Shown here piece by piece: positions 11,601-21,300 of a DNA stretch of 64,000 nucleotides (positions are counted from its first letter, which is position 1; the number at the start of each line of letters is the position of its first letter). The translations under genes were made by a program, and so were the position numbers. The notes beneath the pieces are model-generated. The model was not told the origin of the DNA, did no database searches, and was given only the letters and a program-made list of their open reading frames with translations. This DNA is from Sminthopsis crassicaudata (lineage: Eukaryota): NCBI RefSeq assembly GCF_048593235.1, contig NC_133620.1, forward strand, positions 476,254,865-476,318,864. Reading direction: 5' to 3'.

Positions 11601-14600
11601 GCCACAGAAACCAGGGAGAGCCAGCCTGGCCCCGGGAGCCCCGGAGCAGCGGGTAGGTGGGAACACCCGGGTCCGACGTGTCGCAGGGAGAGGGAATGGG
11701 GGCGTTCGTCAGCCGAGGGCGCCCCCCACTTCCCAGCGGGCGCTGACTCTTCCCTCCCCAAGGTGAACTTCGTGAATGAGAACGAGCTGACCATGGACAT
11801 CGACTTCAGGATCCGCGAGACCGAGTGCGGGAAGGAGGCCGGGGGCCCGCCGAGAGCCTGCAGTTTCCGGAGGGGCCACTCTGCGGTAAGCCAGCTGTGA
11901 CCGAGCCCGTCCTGGGGTTCTGCCGGGCTCCAGGTCTCACCCCCAGGACCGGGAGGTCCCAAAGTTAAGGCAGAGGCAGCTTGCCCAGAGGGGGGGGCTG
12001 GGAGACTAAGGAAGGGAAGGGGCGCACACCGGCACCCTGGGTCCGGGAACAGGAGCCCGGCCTGGCGGGTGGGGCTTCTGACCCTGTCGTGGTCCGGGGT
12101 GACTTACATGTGCCCCCACACCCAGCCCTCAATGGCACCATTACGGGGTGGGGGGCGCCCTTCAGGCAGGTTAAGGAGCTGGCCGCCCCCACTGCAGCCT
12201 TGGTGCCCCACCGACCCCCAAGCTCTGCCCGCGTGGATGGCGCCGTACGTCGGGCTGCCCGTGTCCTTCTGGCCAGCTTCGTGGCCGCAGACTCCATCCC
12301 CAGATTAGCAATTTCAGGGTTGCTGTTTTCTGTCGTTTATGAGGTGCTCCTGTCCTGAATAACCATGTAGCCCCAGCAAAGGGGGGGGACCCTCTGGAAT
12401 AAAACACACGCTGGTGGATTAATATTCACACACCCCAGGCCCCAGGGACAGACAGACAAATGGACAGACGGACGATGGATGATGGATGGAGATAGCAGAC
12501 AAATAGGAGAGGGAGAGATTGCACATATATTAAGCACTTAGTATACAGCAGGCACTAAGCCCAGGGAATGCAAATATAAGCAAATATAAGCCTCCCCCCC
12601 CCCAAGGAGCGTCCGCTCCCCTGGGGAAGGCCAGCACGTGAAAGGAAGCTGAAAGGGGAGGGTTTGGGACCTGGAAGGGGGAGGCCCCGCACAGCCAGGA
12701 CCAGGAGCGGGGAGAGGGTGAGCGTGGCCGGCTCGGGCCCTCCCTTTGCCTCTGGGCCCGGAGCTCGCGTCGTTCGAAGCGTTTCCCTGGCCGGACGTGG
12801 CCGGCAAGCTCCAGGCCCGCCCTTTTCTGTCCACGTCTGACAGCCAACAGCCTCCTGCAGGAGCACGGTGCAGATCTCCAGGGAGCGGGTGCAGAACGTG
12901 TGGGTGCGCTGCCACCGCGCCTTCCCCGGCTCCGATTCCAGTAGCAGCGAAGAGGTGAGTCCAGGCCTGGGGCACGGGGCTCCGGGGGGGCTGGTGTCTC
13001 TCCCGCGAGGAGAAAAGGGTGTGATGGGCCCAGCTGGACAAATGAGCCGACCCAGCAGGCCGTGGGGCTGCTTCCGGGCCACCCTGTCAGTCACCCGCGG
13101 CAGCTTCCTAGAAATTCTCCTCGGCCAAGTCGGCTCTGAGACACCACAGAGAGAGACGGCCCCCTGCCAATCCCGGGACTTCCCAGGGGCAGCCTCCTCC
13201 CGCCCAACCCCGTGTTGCTCAGGCCTTAACCCCTCCTCCCCACAGGCCCCTCAGACAAAAGGGCCTGGCTTCTTTCCCGGCCTTCGCCCTCTGTAACGAG
13301 TGCCCTGGGACTCATGGGCGCAGCCCGCGTACGCCAGCCTGAGTCCGGCAGAGAGCGCGCCTCCCTCATCGGGGCAGTCCTCCCGTGCTCAGGCGCCCCG
13401 GGGCCTCTGCTGCTCTCCTGCCAGGGGGTGCTCGCGGCCCCGTGCCGCTCCCGAGGCGAGGAGGGGACCCCAGTGGCCTCCTGATCCCTGGGACAAAGGG
13501 CTGGCTCTGCCAGGACCCGGGAGGGCCTGAATGGCCTCTGTCCGCCTCTGCCTTTCTCTAGATCTTTGGGAGCCGGCTGGGACCGTACAACTGGAGGAGC
13601 TTCCACCCGAGAGGTCAGCGGGGAGCGGGGGCGTCCTTGGGCGACCTTTCCGGCAGAGCCCCGAGGCTTTGTGCCTTACGTGATCGTGACCCAAAGTCGC
13701 CCGTGCAGAGCGCTGGGTCGGGGGTCCCAAGCCACGCAGGCCAGTCCGGCTATCGTGGTCATCCTCACTCACGGCCCCTGGAGGCTCATGAGGCCCTTTA
13801 CATGCAGTATTTTATCTAACTTGATTCTCAGGGAAAAGGCTTCTCTTATTATCCCCATTTTACAGATGGGGCAACTAAGACTGAGAGGTTAATCCCAATG
13901 TCTCTGGGGGCAGCTAGGTGGCGCCATAATTCACTTAGCACCAGGTGAGTTCAACTCCAGCCTGAGATATTAGCTGCGGGAGCCTGGCCAAGTCACTCAA
14001 CTCTGTGTGCCTCAGTTTTCTCATCTGTAAAATGGGCTGGAAGGAAATGGCCAAGCCCTCCGGCTCCTTTGCCCAGAAAACCCCAAACGGGGTCACCATG
14101 AGTCAAAACTGAGCTGAACGCTGAGCACCCATTACTCCTGATCCTGCCCTCGGGGGTGCTCCAGGGATCAGCTCCCAGCGATGATTCTTTTAAATTGGCG
14201 CCCTTCCTGAAGGCAAGGGCCCTTTCACCTGTGCCTTCGCCGCCTCAGCTCCCAGCCCAGCCCTCCTGAGCAGTAGAAGGATCGGTGCCCGAGGTGTGGG
14301 AGCCGGGGCGGGGCCGGCGCTCTCTGAGAAGTCTGGGCCCGGGCCCTTGTTTTGCAGATATGGACAGCGCTGAGTCCAGCAGTGAGCCGCTCTATCAGAG
14401 GTCGCTGGGTAAGTCTCCGCATGCTCTGCTCTGGGACCCTCCTGGGACCCTCCTCCCGTGGCCGGCACTCTGGTGGGAACGAGAGGGGGACGCCCTGGCG
14501 CCCGCCTGTGACCTGCTGACCGATGGGAGAGGGAGGGGAGCCAGCTTGGCTTTGCAGGTCACTTGTTTAGATCCACTTCGAGGGGCTGCACGGTGGGCAG

Positions 14601-17600
14601 GAGGACCCGAGTTCAAAGCTGGTCTCACACACTTAACGCCTACTAGTGGGGCAGGTCACTTAACCCCTATTGCCTTGCAAATAAACAAGTAAATAAATAC
14701 CCCCCCCCCAGATCTGCCCAAATGAAATACAGCTTGTGTGATATGGTGCAGAGACAGATGACCTTGGGGTCAAAGGCCGGGAGTTCACAGGACTTTGTCC
14801 AAATCCCAGTGCTGCGGGAACTCGGGCAGTCACAACATTTCTGAGCCTCGGTTTCTGTCAAATAGGGTGAGGGGTGACTAGAGGTCCTGTAAAATCCCTG
14901 CTAGCTCCAGGACCCCAAGAAATGACTTCAGTTGCTCCTCTCCCATTCCTGGTTTGTCTCCCTCCTCTTGACCACTTGGTTGTCATTACTCCTATTGGCA
15001 GATTCCTCTGTAAATCTTTGCAAACAAACAGGGAATCCAAATTTAAACGAATAACGATGTTTCATCTAAGTCTCAATCAGTGGGAATAATGAGCCTCATG
15101 AAGTGTAGTTGCATGTATTCAATTTCCCAATTAGAGTTATAGAGAGAGAATATCGTCACGAGTTCCGGCCGGACGTCACGGGCGGGCATCCACGCCCTAG
15201 TGCCCATGCCCCTCCCACGGGTATGTAGATGCCCATTCTCACCCCCCAGACGGAGCTGCCCGCTCTCACCTACCCTCATCACGGTCACCCTCATCACACT
15301 CAAACTCTCAGAGTCTGGGTCCCCACCGATGTGGTTTTATTTACACAAATCGGCCACTTGCAGTGAGGACACTTTTAGAACATAACCATTTACTTAACAA
15401 TAAAGTAAAAGCAATAATAACATTATATATTATTAAATGTTACCTCTGTTATATATTAAATATATTCAAATTTATGTGGTAAAAATAAATGTAAGAGAAT
15501 CCACATCGAAACCCAACCCATATTCTCCACCAATCAGTTCAGTGACTGTAAGAAAAAAGGGTGAGACAGAGAAGCCGGAGAGAAGAAAACCCGCGTGCTT
15601 AGAGTAAGGCACGAATCTAGAACTGTAAGTTTCAGGGCTCTTTCTCTCCTCATAGCGGTTCTTTAGTGAATGTAACTTTTGGACCAAACAAATGCTTCCC
15701 CGCTGAGTATTACTGGATTACTCTTCAACAGCAGCTACAGTTTCATACTTAGGAATCTCTCCTTTGACTTTTTTCTCTCCTGTCTTTCTGGATTCGGATT
15801 CTGGGCCTTAGCTTATGGTTCAGATAAATTCATGCCTTCACCATCAAACTTAACCATGTCGCTCGACAGCTTGTCACCTTCAAGACTACCCCCATTTCAG
15901 GACCGTGACCCAGAGTAACTATTTCTCTTAGAATTCTGGTCAAAACAAGCTGAACTCGGGCACAAACTGTTCCATATGGAAGAGCAGGACAATAAAAAGA
16001 CTACCCTTGCAAAATCTGTTCGATCCACCACCTGATCCTTGGTCTTTCTCCTCTGATGGCCCAGACACCTAGGATTATTTTCACGGCGACAGTAATGATG
16101 ATAGAGTCATAAATTCTACATGAAGGCCATTGAACCCAACCCCTCCCTTTCCACAAATAGAAGCCTACAGCATGATTATCTTGCCAGAGTCAGGATCAGA
16201 AACCGGCCGTTTGACTCCAAATTCAATCATCTTTGTTTCTTGCTCCAAGCCCTTTGACGTTTTACTATTTAGCAGCTCGAGGCACAAGCAACGTTTCAAA
16301 ATTCATCTTTTATAAGAGTGAAAAGCCTGCACATGCTCGCTTAGATAATAAAGAACATTCTTGAAATTTCGGTGACATTTTATCTGTGGAGTCACATCCT
16401 TGTCTGTGGGCTAAATTAAAAATATAACCAAAGCAGGCACGATGATGGTAAAATGGTATTTTCCATTTGGGAATTGCTCAAGTCGTAAATTTAGAATAAA
16501 GTTGCTATCTTCAGGTAAACACGTGTGTCCAAAATGATCCTGATGCTTTACACCAAGAATGAAATGATTAAAATCATCAGAATGATCAGAAATGTGTCCA
16601 TACAAAGAAACTTGTCTCTCTCTGAAAGCTCATGACTTTCCATTTCCAAAGTTTTATGCACGTGTGCATGTTCCACACAATTTGTTCTTTTCTTAGCGGG
16701 TGTGAGAACTAGGGAAGGTACACTTCTGATTCACTTGAACTATAATAGGCTTTGACATTAACAAGGGGTTTCATAAAACAGAAAAGCCTTTAGGAAGAAA
16801 ATGTGCACCAGGCAGACATCTTAAAAATACTTCAGAACCAGGCAGACATCTTAAAAATACTTCAGAACCAGGCAGACATCTTAAAAATACTTCAGAACCT
16901 CATTCTCTGCCTTCAAGATCAGTTATTTTTCACCAAAGATATTTAACTTTCTGGGGCCATATATTTATCTTCCAAAATACAGTTATACAAATGCAATCAT
17001 TTTCACAAGGATTGTAGCCCACATTTTTAAGCAAGGTAATCGAAATTATGGCTAAGAAGCAACATAAATCTAAATTTAAAAAAATCTGATCTGAACAGCA
17101 CTCATGAGTCCCACTCTGTCCCAAGCTGTCCCCCTAGAAGACATGTTTCAGTGACAAAGCGTGTGGCCCTCACTTAAAGCAGAGCCAAATTTTCTCGTGC
17201 TTACAGCCTGGGAGTTGCCAGGACTTAAATGTCTCCATTCTCTGTTAAGGTATCAGGGATGTGTATATAGTTCCTCCTCCAAGCAGAAGACGCCAGAATT
17301 ATCGGAACTGGTTAAATGGCCATAACGAGGTAAGTGCAATATCTTGGGGTTTAGCCTTCGATTGTAGCATGGGAGAAATAGTTCTTGTTCATTTTTGGAT
17401 TAATTCCTTTTTCACATTTAAAAAAAAAAAGTATTAATTTTTGACATTTACTTGGATGAGATTTTGATTTCCATTTTCTCCCTCCCTCACCTCACCTCAC
17501 CCTCCCCAAGATGGCAATCAATCTTTTGTGGGTTACATATGTTTAATCATATTAAGCATATTTCTACATTAGTCACGTTGTGAAAGAATAATCAGAACAA

Positions 17601-19512
17601 AAGAGAAAAACCGTGAGAAAGACAAAAAGCGACAGACTCCATAGTTCTTTCTCTGGGTGTGGATGGCGTTTTCCACCACGTTGATCCAAGTTGAAGGGAT
17701 TGGTTTATTTGTAATACCCCTAGAGGTGGGGGAAGAAGCCACCACTCCAACTACTATTTCTTCTACTGGTCCCTATCCCACCATCACCCCCAGGGATGTA
17801 ACCCCAGTTGAGCAAGACCAGTGAGGTCAGTAAAGGCTGAGGGGCACAGGAAGGAAGACTGGTCCCCCAAAATAGCTTTACTGGTGATGACTCTTTCTCG
17901 CTACCTGAGTGCCCCCTGCAGCCTTTGCCCGTCCAGCACCTTGTCCACAATGCTCTCTGCTCCTCAGGTGTTTGGTGACTTCTGGTTCTCTAGCCATTCT
18001 TTCTCCGTCTCCTGTGCTGCGTCCCCTCACTGCAGATGTCCCTTAACACTCTCCTGGTCCCTCTTCTCTTCTTCCTCTTTTCTAATTCATGATCTCATCC
18101 CTTCCCATGGATTCAGTTTTCATCTCTAGGCTGATGATTCTCAGATCGAGAATCCAGAATTCATCTCTGTCCCGAGCTCCAGACTCATAAATCTCTACGT
18201 GGCCGTCCCATCTAGCTCGTAAACTTGACTCACCCCAAACTGAGCTCATTCTCTTTTCCCTTCTTCCAACATCCTGCAATGACCGGCCCTTGCGCCCTGG
18301 GAGTCACCCGGGAATCACCGTTCTCACCCCATACCTGATCTGTGGCTGAGGGCAGCCAGTTTAACCTCTGTAGCATCTCTCCTGTGCTTCCCCTTCTCTC
18401 TGACCCTGGCAAAGGCTTGCACTCATCTGGTGGGTGACCTCCCTGCCTCAGCTTTCTCCCCACTGCGCTCTGCTCTCCATTCAGCCATCAAAATGACCTA
18501 AATTGCCCATCGAAACTTGTCAGCCCCGCACTCTGCCCATGCTCTGGAAGATCAAATAGACACCTCTGACATGCATAGTCCTTCCCAAGCCGTTCCCTCC
18601 ACCTTCCTGCCCAACCTACCCAACATTCCCTAGCCCGATTGGTGACCCTGTCCCACAACTCTTCACAGCAGCCATCGACCATCGAGTGACCGCCCCTTCC
18701 CTCACCCGTGCTTGGAGGCTCTCTCTCCTCATCTCCTCCTCCTGGCTCCCCTGGCTGCCTTTAAGTAGCAGCTAAAAGCCCATCTCCTCCAGGAAGCCTT
18801 CCCCATTCTCCCTTATCCTGGTCCATTATCATCATTTCCTCCTTCTCCTGACTAGAGCCGTTTGGACTCCTCTGTTTGCTCGTGTGGCCCATTAGCCCGG
18901 GAGCTCTCTGAGGGCAGGGACTGTCCTTTACCTTCCTTTGTAGCCCCAGTGCTTAGCACACCACCTGGCACACACTTGGTGCTTAATAAATGCTCACTGG
19001 GTGACTGGTCACTTTCACATGGACGGGCCAACCCAGCTGATCCCCGCAGTAACTGAACCCTGGCACAAAGAGCCCGGCTCTGAAGCTGAATTTCATCTCT
19101 GTAACTCATGACCTACGTCACCTTGCACAGGGAGTGCTGACCCCTCTGGCCTCAGTTTCATCATCTGTACAATGAGGAGGACGGACAGATGTTCTCCATG
19201 TCCTTCGGCCGGTGCCCGGGATGCACAAAGCGATTCTCTGTCTACAAGTGCACCCACACTGGCACATCCCCGGCCTCACGTGCCCACCAGGTGTAGGGGG
19301 GGGGAGCCACGTGTGCAGGGCCGGGCCAATCCAAACGGCCGTTAGCCACTGCCGCGGGGCAGGTCCCAGGCCATCTGTGATGGTCCCCCAGTGAGCGGAC
19401 ACTTGACCCCGTGTGCCCACAGGATGTCCGTGCGTCAATGAGTGACAGTTACAGAGAGCTCGCCCCGCCCCGCCCCGCCCCGTCTCATGCTCTCTGTCTT
19501 TATCACCAGTGA
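8602..19512 (+). CDS. SPP2: Secreted phosphoprotein 24 (spp24), 8 coding exons, 198 aa
   Basis: Exons 8602-8653, 8743-8867, 11763-11885, 12844-12954, 13562-13613, 14358-14408, 17250-17329, 19510-19512 total 597 nt. All introns are GT-AG with consistent phases. The protein has a signal peptide, the mature start GFPVYDYDP characteristic of spp24, a four-Cys cystatin/cathelin-like domain, an SSSSEE phospho-cluster and a basic C-terminal segment. Confidence 0.93.
8743..8867 (+). CDS. SPP2: SPP2 exon 2 (GFPVYDYDPEMMREALRASV...SSIKR)
   Basis: Acceptor CCATTCAG, donor GTGAGT, 125 nt. Strong resemblance to the mature N-terminus of spp24. Confidence 0.96.
11763..11885 (+). CDS. SPP2: SPP2 exon 3 (VNFVNENEL...IRETECGKEAGGPPRACSF...)
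   Basis: Acceptor CCCCAAG, donor GTAAGC, 123 nt. Carries the first disulfide loop. Confidence 0.95.
12844..12954 (+). CDS. SPP2: SPP2 exon 4 (PTASCRSTVQ...VRC...SDSSSSEE)
   Basis: Acceptor TCTGACAG, donor GTGAGT, 111 nt. Carries the second Cys pair and the serine cluster. Confidence 0.95.
13562..13613 (+). CDS. SPP2: SPP2 exon 5 (IFGSRLGPYNWRSFHPR)
   Basis: Acceptor TTTCTCTAG, donor GTCAGC. Parallels the eutherian IFG..LG...W segment. Confidence 0.8.
13906..14130 (+). mobile_element. MAR1-like CORE-SINE
   Basis: GGGGCAGCTAGGTGGCG head, CORE (CCTCAGTTTTCTCATCTGTAAAATGG) and RTE-type tail (AAGGAAATGGC...AAAACCCCAAACGGGGTCAC...AACTGA). Confidence 0.8.
14358..14408 (+). CDS. SPP2: SPP2 exon 6 (DMDSAESSSEPLYQRSLG)
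   Basis: Acceptor TTTTGCAG, donor GTAAGT, 51 nt. Ends in ..RSLG as in eutherian spp24. Confidence 0.92.
14578..14700 (+). mobile_element. Partial WSINE1-like SINE
   Basis: GGAGGACCCGAGTTCAAAG...ACACTTAAC...CAGGTCACTTAACCCCTATTGCC plus A-rich tail. Confidence 0.7.
15336..17100 (-). pseudogene. Decayed gene-like segment antisense in SPP2 intron 6 (identity uncertain; weak HJURP-like motifs)
   Basis: AT-rich minus-strand sequence with stop- and frameshift-broken protein-like stretches. It ends in an AU-rich 3'UTR-like tract with AATAAA (+ strand TTTATT at 15336-15341). The homology call is by eye only. Confidence 0.3.
16807..16899. repeat. Perfect 30-bp tandem triplication
   Basis: ACCAGGCAGACATCTTAAAAATACTTCAGA x3 (16807-16836, 16837-16866, 16867-16896). 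Confidence 0.97.
17250..17329 (+). CDS. SPP2: SPP2 exon 7 (GIRDVYIVPPPSRRRQNYRNWLNGHNE)
   Basis: Acceptor CTCTGTTAAG, donor GTAAGT, correct phase 1. Aligns by eye to the eutherian C-terminal GIMRRVLPPGNRRYPNHR...E segment. Confidence 0.85.
17420..17700 (-). mobile_element. Old L1 3'UTR fragment
   Basis: Marsupial L1-like 3' text (CCCCAAGATGGCAA...TTCTACATTAGTCACGTTGTGAAAGAATAATCAGAACAAAA). Boundaries approximate. Confidence 0.6.
17990..18995 (+). mobile_element. L2 LINE remnant
   Basis: CATCTCTAGGCTGATGATTCTCAGATC is a decayed RT motif (H-L-[Y]-A-D-D-S-Q-I). Pyrimidine-rich L2-like body ends in the typical GTGCTTAATAAATGCT 3' end near 18980-18995. Confidence 0.75.
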
Positions 19513-19640
19513 GATGCAGCAGAGGCCTGGGCGCCGAGGAGCGCGGAGAGAACACGGCCCTCACCCCGAAGTTTGCTGCCCCGGCCTCGTGGTCTTGTCA
19601 CCTCCCTCCCACAATAAAAGCCTCCGCCTCCCCTGTTCCT
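19510..19640 (+). other. SPP2: SPP2 terminal exon: stop codon plus 3'UTR
   Basis: Pyrimidine tract CTCTCTGTCTTTATCACCAG is followed immediately by TGA (19510-19512). AATAAA at 19613-19618. Confidence 0.8.
19613..19618 (+). terminator. SPP2: SPP2 polyadenylation signal
   Basis: AATAAA about 100 nt after the stop, followed by a U/GU-rich tract (CTGTGTTTT). Confidence 0.75.
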
Positions 19641-20299
19641 CTGCTCTGTGTTTTACAATGGTCTTTTAAGCTGTGCTTAAAACAGATGAAACCTGAACTT
19701 GGCTAGAATCCCTTCTCCCGCTCCTTTGCGCAGCCTGGCCTGAGGACCTGCAGGGAGGGGGGGGAGGGGGGAGTAAAAGGGGCCAGCGGCTCGCTAAAGC
19801 TTCATGTGCACGGCAGCGGATGACCCGTGAGCACTACTAAGCGCCTACTATGTGCTAGCCAGTGTGCAGAGTGCCGGGGACACAGGGCAACTTAAATAAA
19901 TGCGTGGATGCGTGGATGCGTGGGTAGAAAGGTAGGTAGGTAGGTAGATGATGGATAGATAGATAGGAAGAGAGCTGAATGGATGGATGGATGGATGGAG
20001 ACAGAGATGGATGGATGGGTAGGGATAAGCCGGGGTCCATTCCATGCTCTCTGCCCCGCCCCCCCCCCACTAGGCCAACCTGGCCCAAGGACCTGAAGGA
20101 GGGCGAGCAGGCCTCGTGTGTCGCGTGCATGATGGCCCGAATGTCCTCCTTCCCTAGAAGAGCCCCTCTGGGGCGGCCCTGACGGTCACCCGCTGGTCTC
20201 TTTGGAGTCCGTGCCTTTGCGGCTCCCGGGCACACCGGGCACGGCCCACAGGGCACTGCCTCCCTCCTGAGTTACCTTGCGAGGCACCCCCCGCGCCCC

Positions 20300-21300
20300 A
20301 GATCTTTGGGGCCGGTCTGTCCTGACTCCCGAAGGGCCACTGCACTAAGTCACAGCCGCCCCCCCCATTGCCCAAGTGCGCCCCCCTCCACTCTCCCTGT
20401 CCCGGGATTCCCCTGACTTACGGCCACAGAGCCCGGCTCCCCATCCTGCCTCAGACACTCAGCCACGTGGTGACTCCCGGCCTCCAAGTGGCGGGAGTGA
20501 CACCTCCAAGAGCGGCCCGCGGCCCCTCCCGGGCCCCAGAGCTCGACTGTCCCGGGGCAGGGGGGACACGCCGGGCAGGAGCCGGCGCCGGTGAGCTCCG
20601 AGCCCCGACGCTGTCCCTCTAGTCTTCGGGAAAGGGCCTCGCGCTCCCGCGCCGTCCCGGACCCAGGAGGGGCCGAGTCCCGGCCCCGGGCCGCGGGGAG
20701 GCTCGGACCCGCCAGCCCGGACTCCGCTCCGCAGAGACCCACAGCCGGGGCGGCGAGAGCCGTCTCACGTTTCCCTCCCTTCCCCGCCTGGGCCGGGCCT
20801 GGACCGACCCACGCGGGCTCGTGGGTAACAGAAGAGGAAACCCCCTGGGAGGGGAGGGACTCAGGTCCAAGGTCACAGGGGGGCTGCGCGCGCTGCTCCC
20901 CGCGGGATCTCTCCCCGAGGCTCCACCCCTGATTTCTGTGTGACAGGCAGCGCAGCCTGGGCTCTGGAGGCCTTCTCTGTAATCACCTGCTGGCCCCCGG
21001 CGGCCCCCGGCGGCCTGCGCTCCTGCACCTGCGCCCCTGCACCTGCGCTCCTGCACCTGCGCCCCTGCACCTGCCCTCCGCCTCCGCTCTCTAAATTATT
21101 CACGCTTCCCGGGCAGTCACTCACCTTCAGCCCCCGCCCTCGCCAGCTCCCAGAGGGCTCCCGGCCATCCCACAGCTCCGGGGGCTCCAGCCCACCCCGC
21201 CGGCCTCAGCAAAGGTAGGGACGCTTGGAGCTCTCTCCGCCCCCCCCCCCCCATACCCGTTCCCGAGCCTGACCTGTGTCTGTAGGAAGCGCATCGCAGA
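20300..21300 (+). promoter_or_regulatory. CpG-island-like region; candidate promoter and non-coding first exon(s) of the LRR-TM gene
   Basis: CpG-dense. AT-rich TATA-like patch near 21090-21102. Candidate donors at 20591 (GTGAGC) and 21215 (AAAG|GTAGGG). Matching acceptor at 23237-23238. Confidence 0.5.
21014..21075. repeat. 14-bp tandem repeat x4 (CCTGCGCYCCTGCA)
   Basis: Copies at 21014, 21028, 21042 and 21056. Each junction forms CACCTG. Confidence 0.95.

Noticed and set aside
11763-11885. Cathelicidin gene (cathelin-like exon; marsupials have many)
   Set aside because: Flanking exons (GFPVYDYDP, SSSSEE, RSLG) and the 8-exon structure identify SPP2, which shares the fold.
12160-12405. 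Open frames followed by AATAAA within SPP2 intron 3
   Set aside because: No recognisable protein in any frame and GC-rich chance ORFs. No start or exon context.
15002-15054. Alternative SPP2 last coding exon (DSSVNLCKQTGNPNLNE*)
   Set aside because: It has an acceptor and correct phase but no similarity to the spp24 C-terminus. 17250-17329 fits much better.
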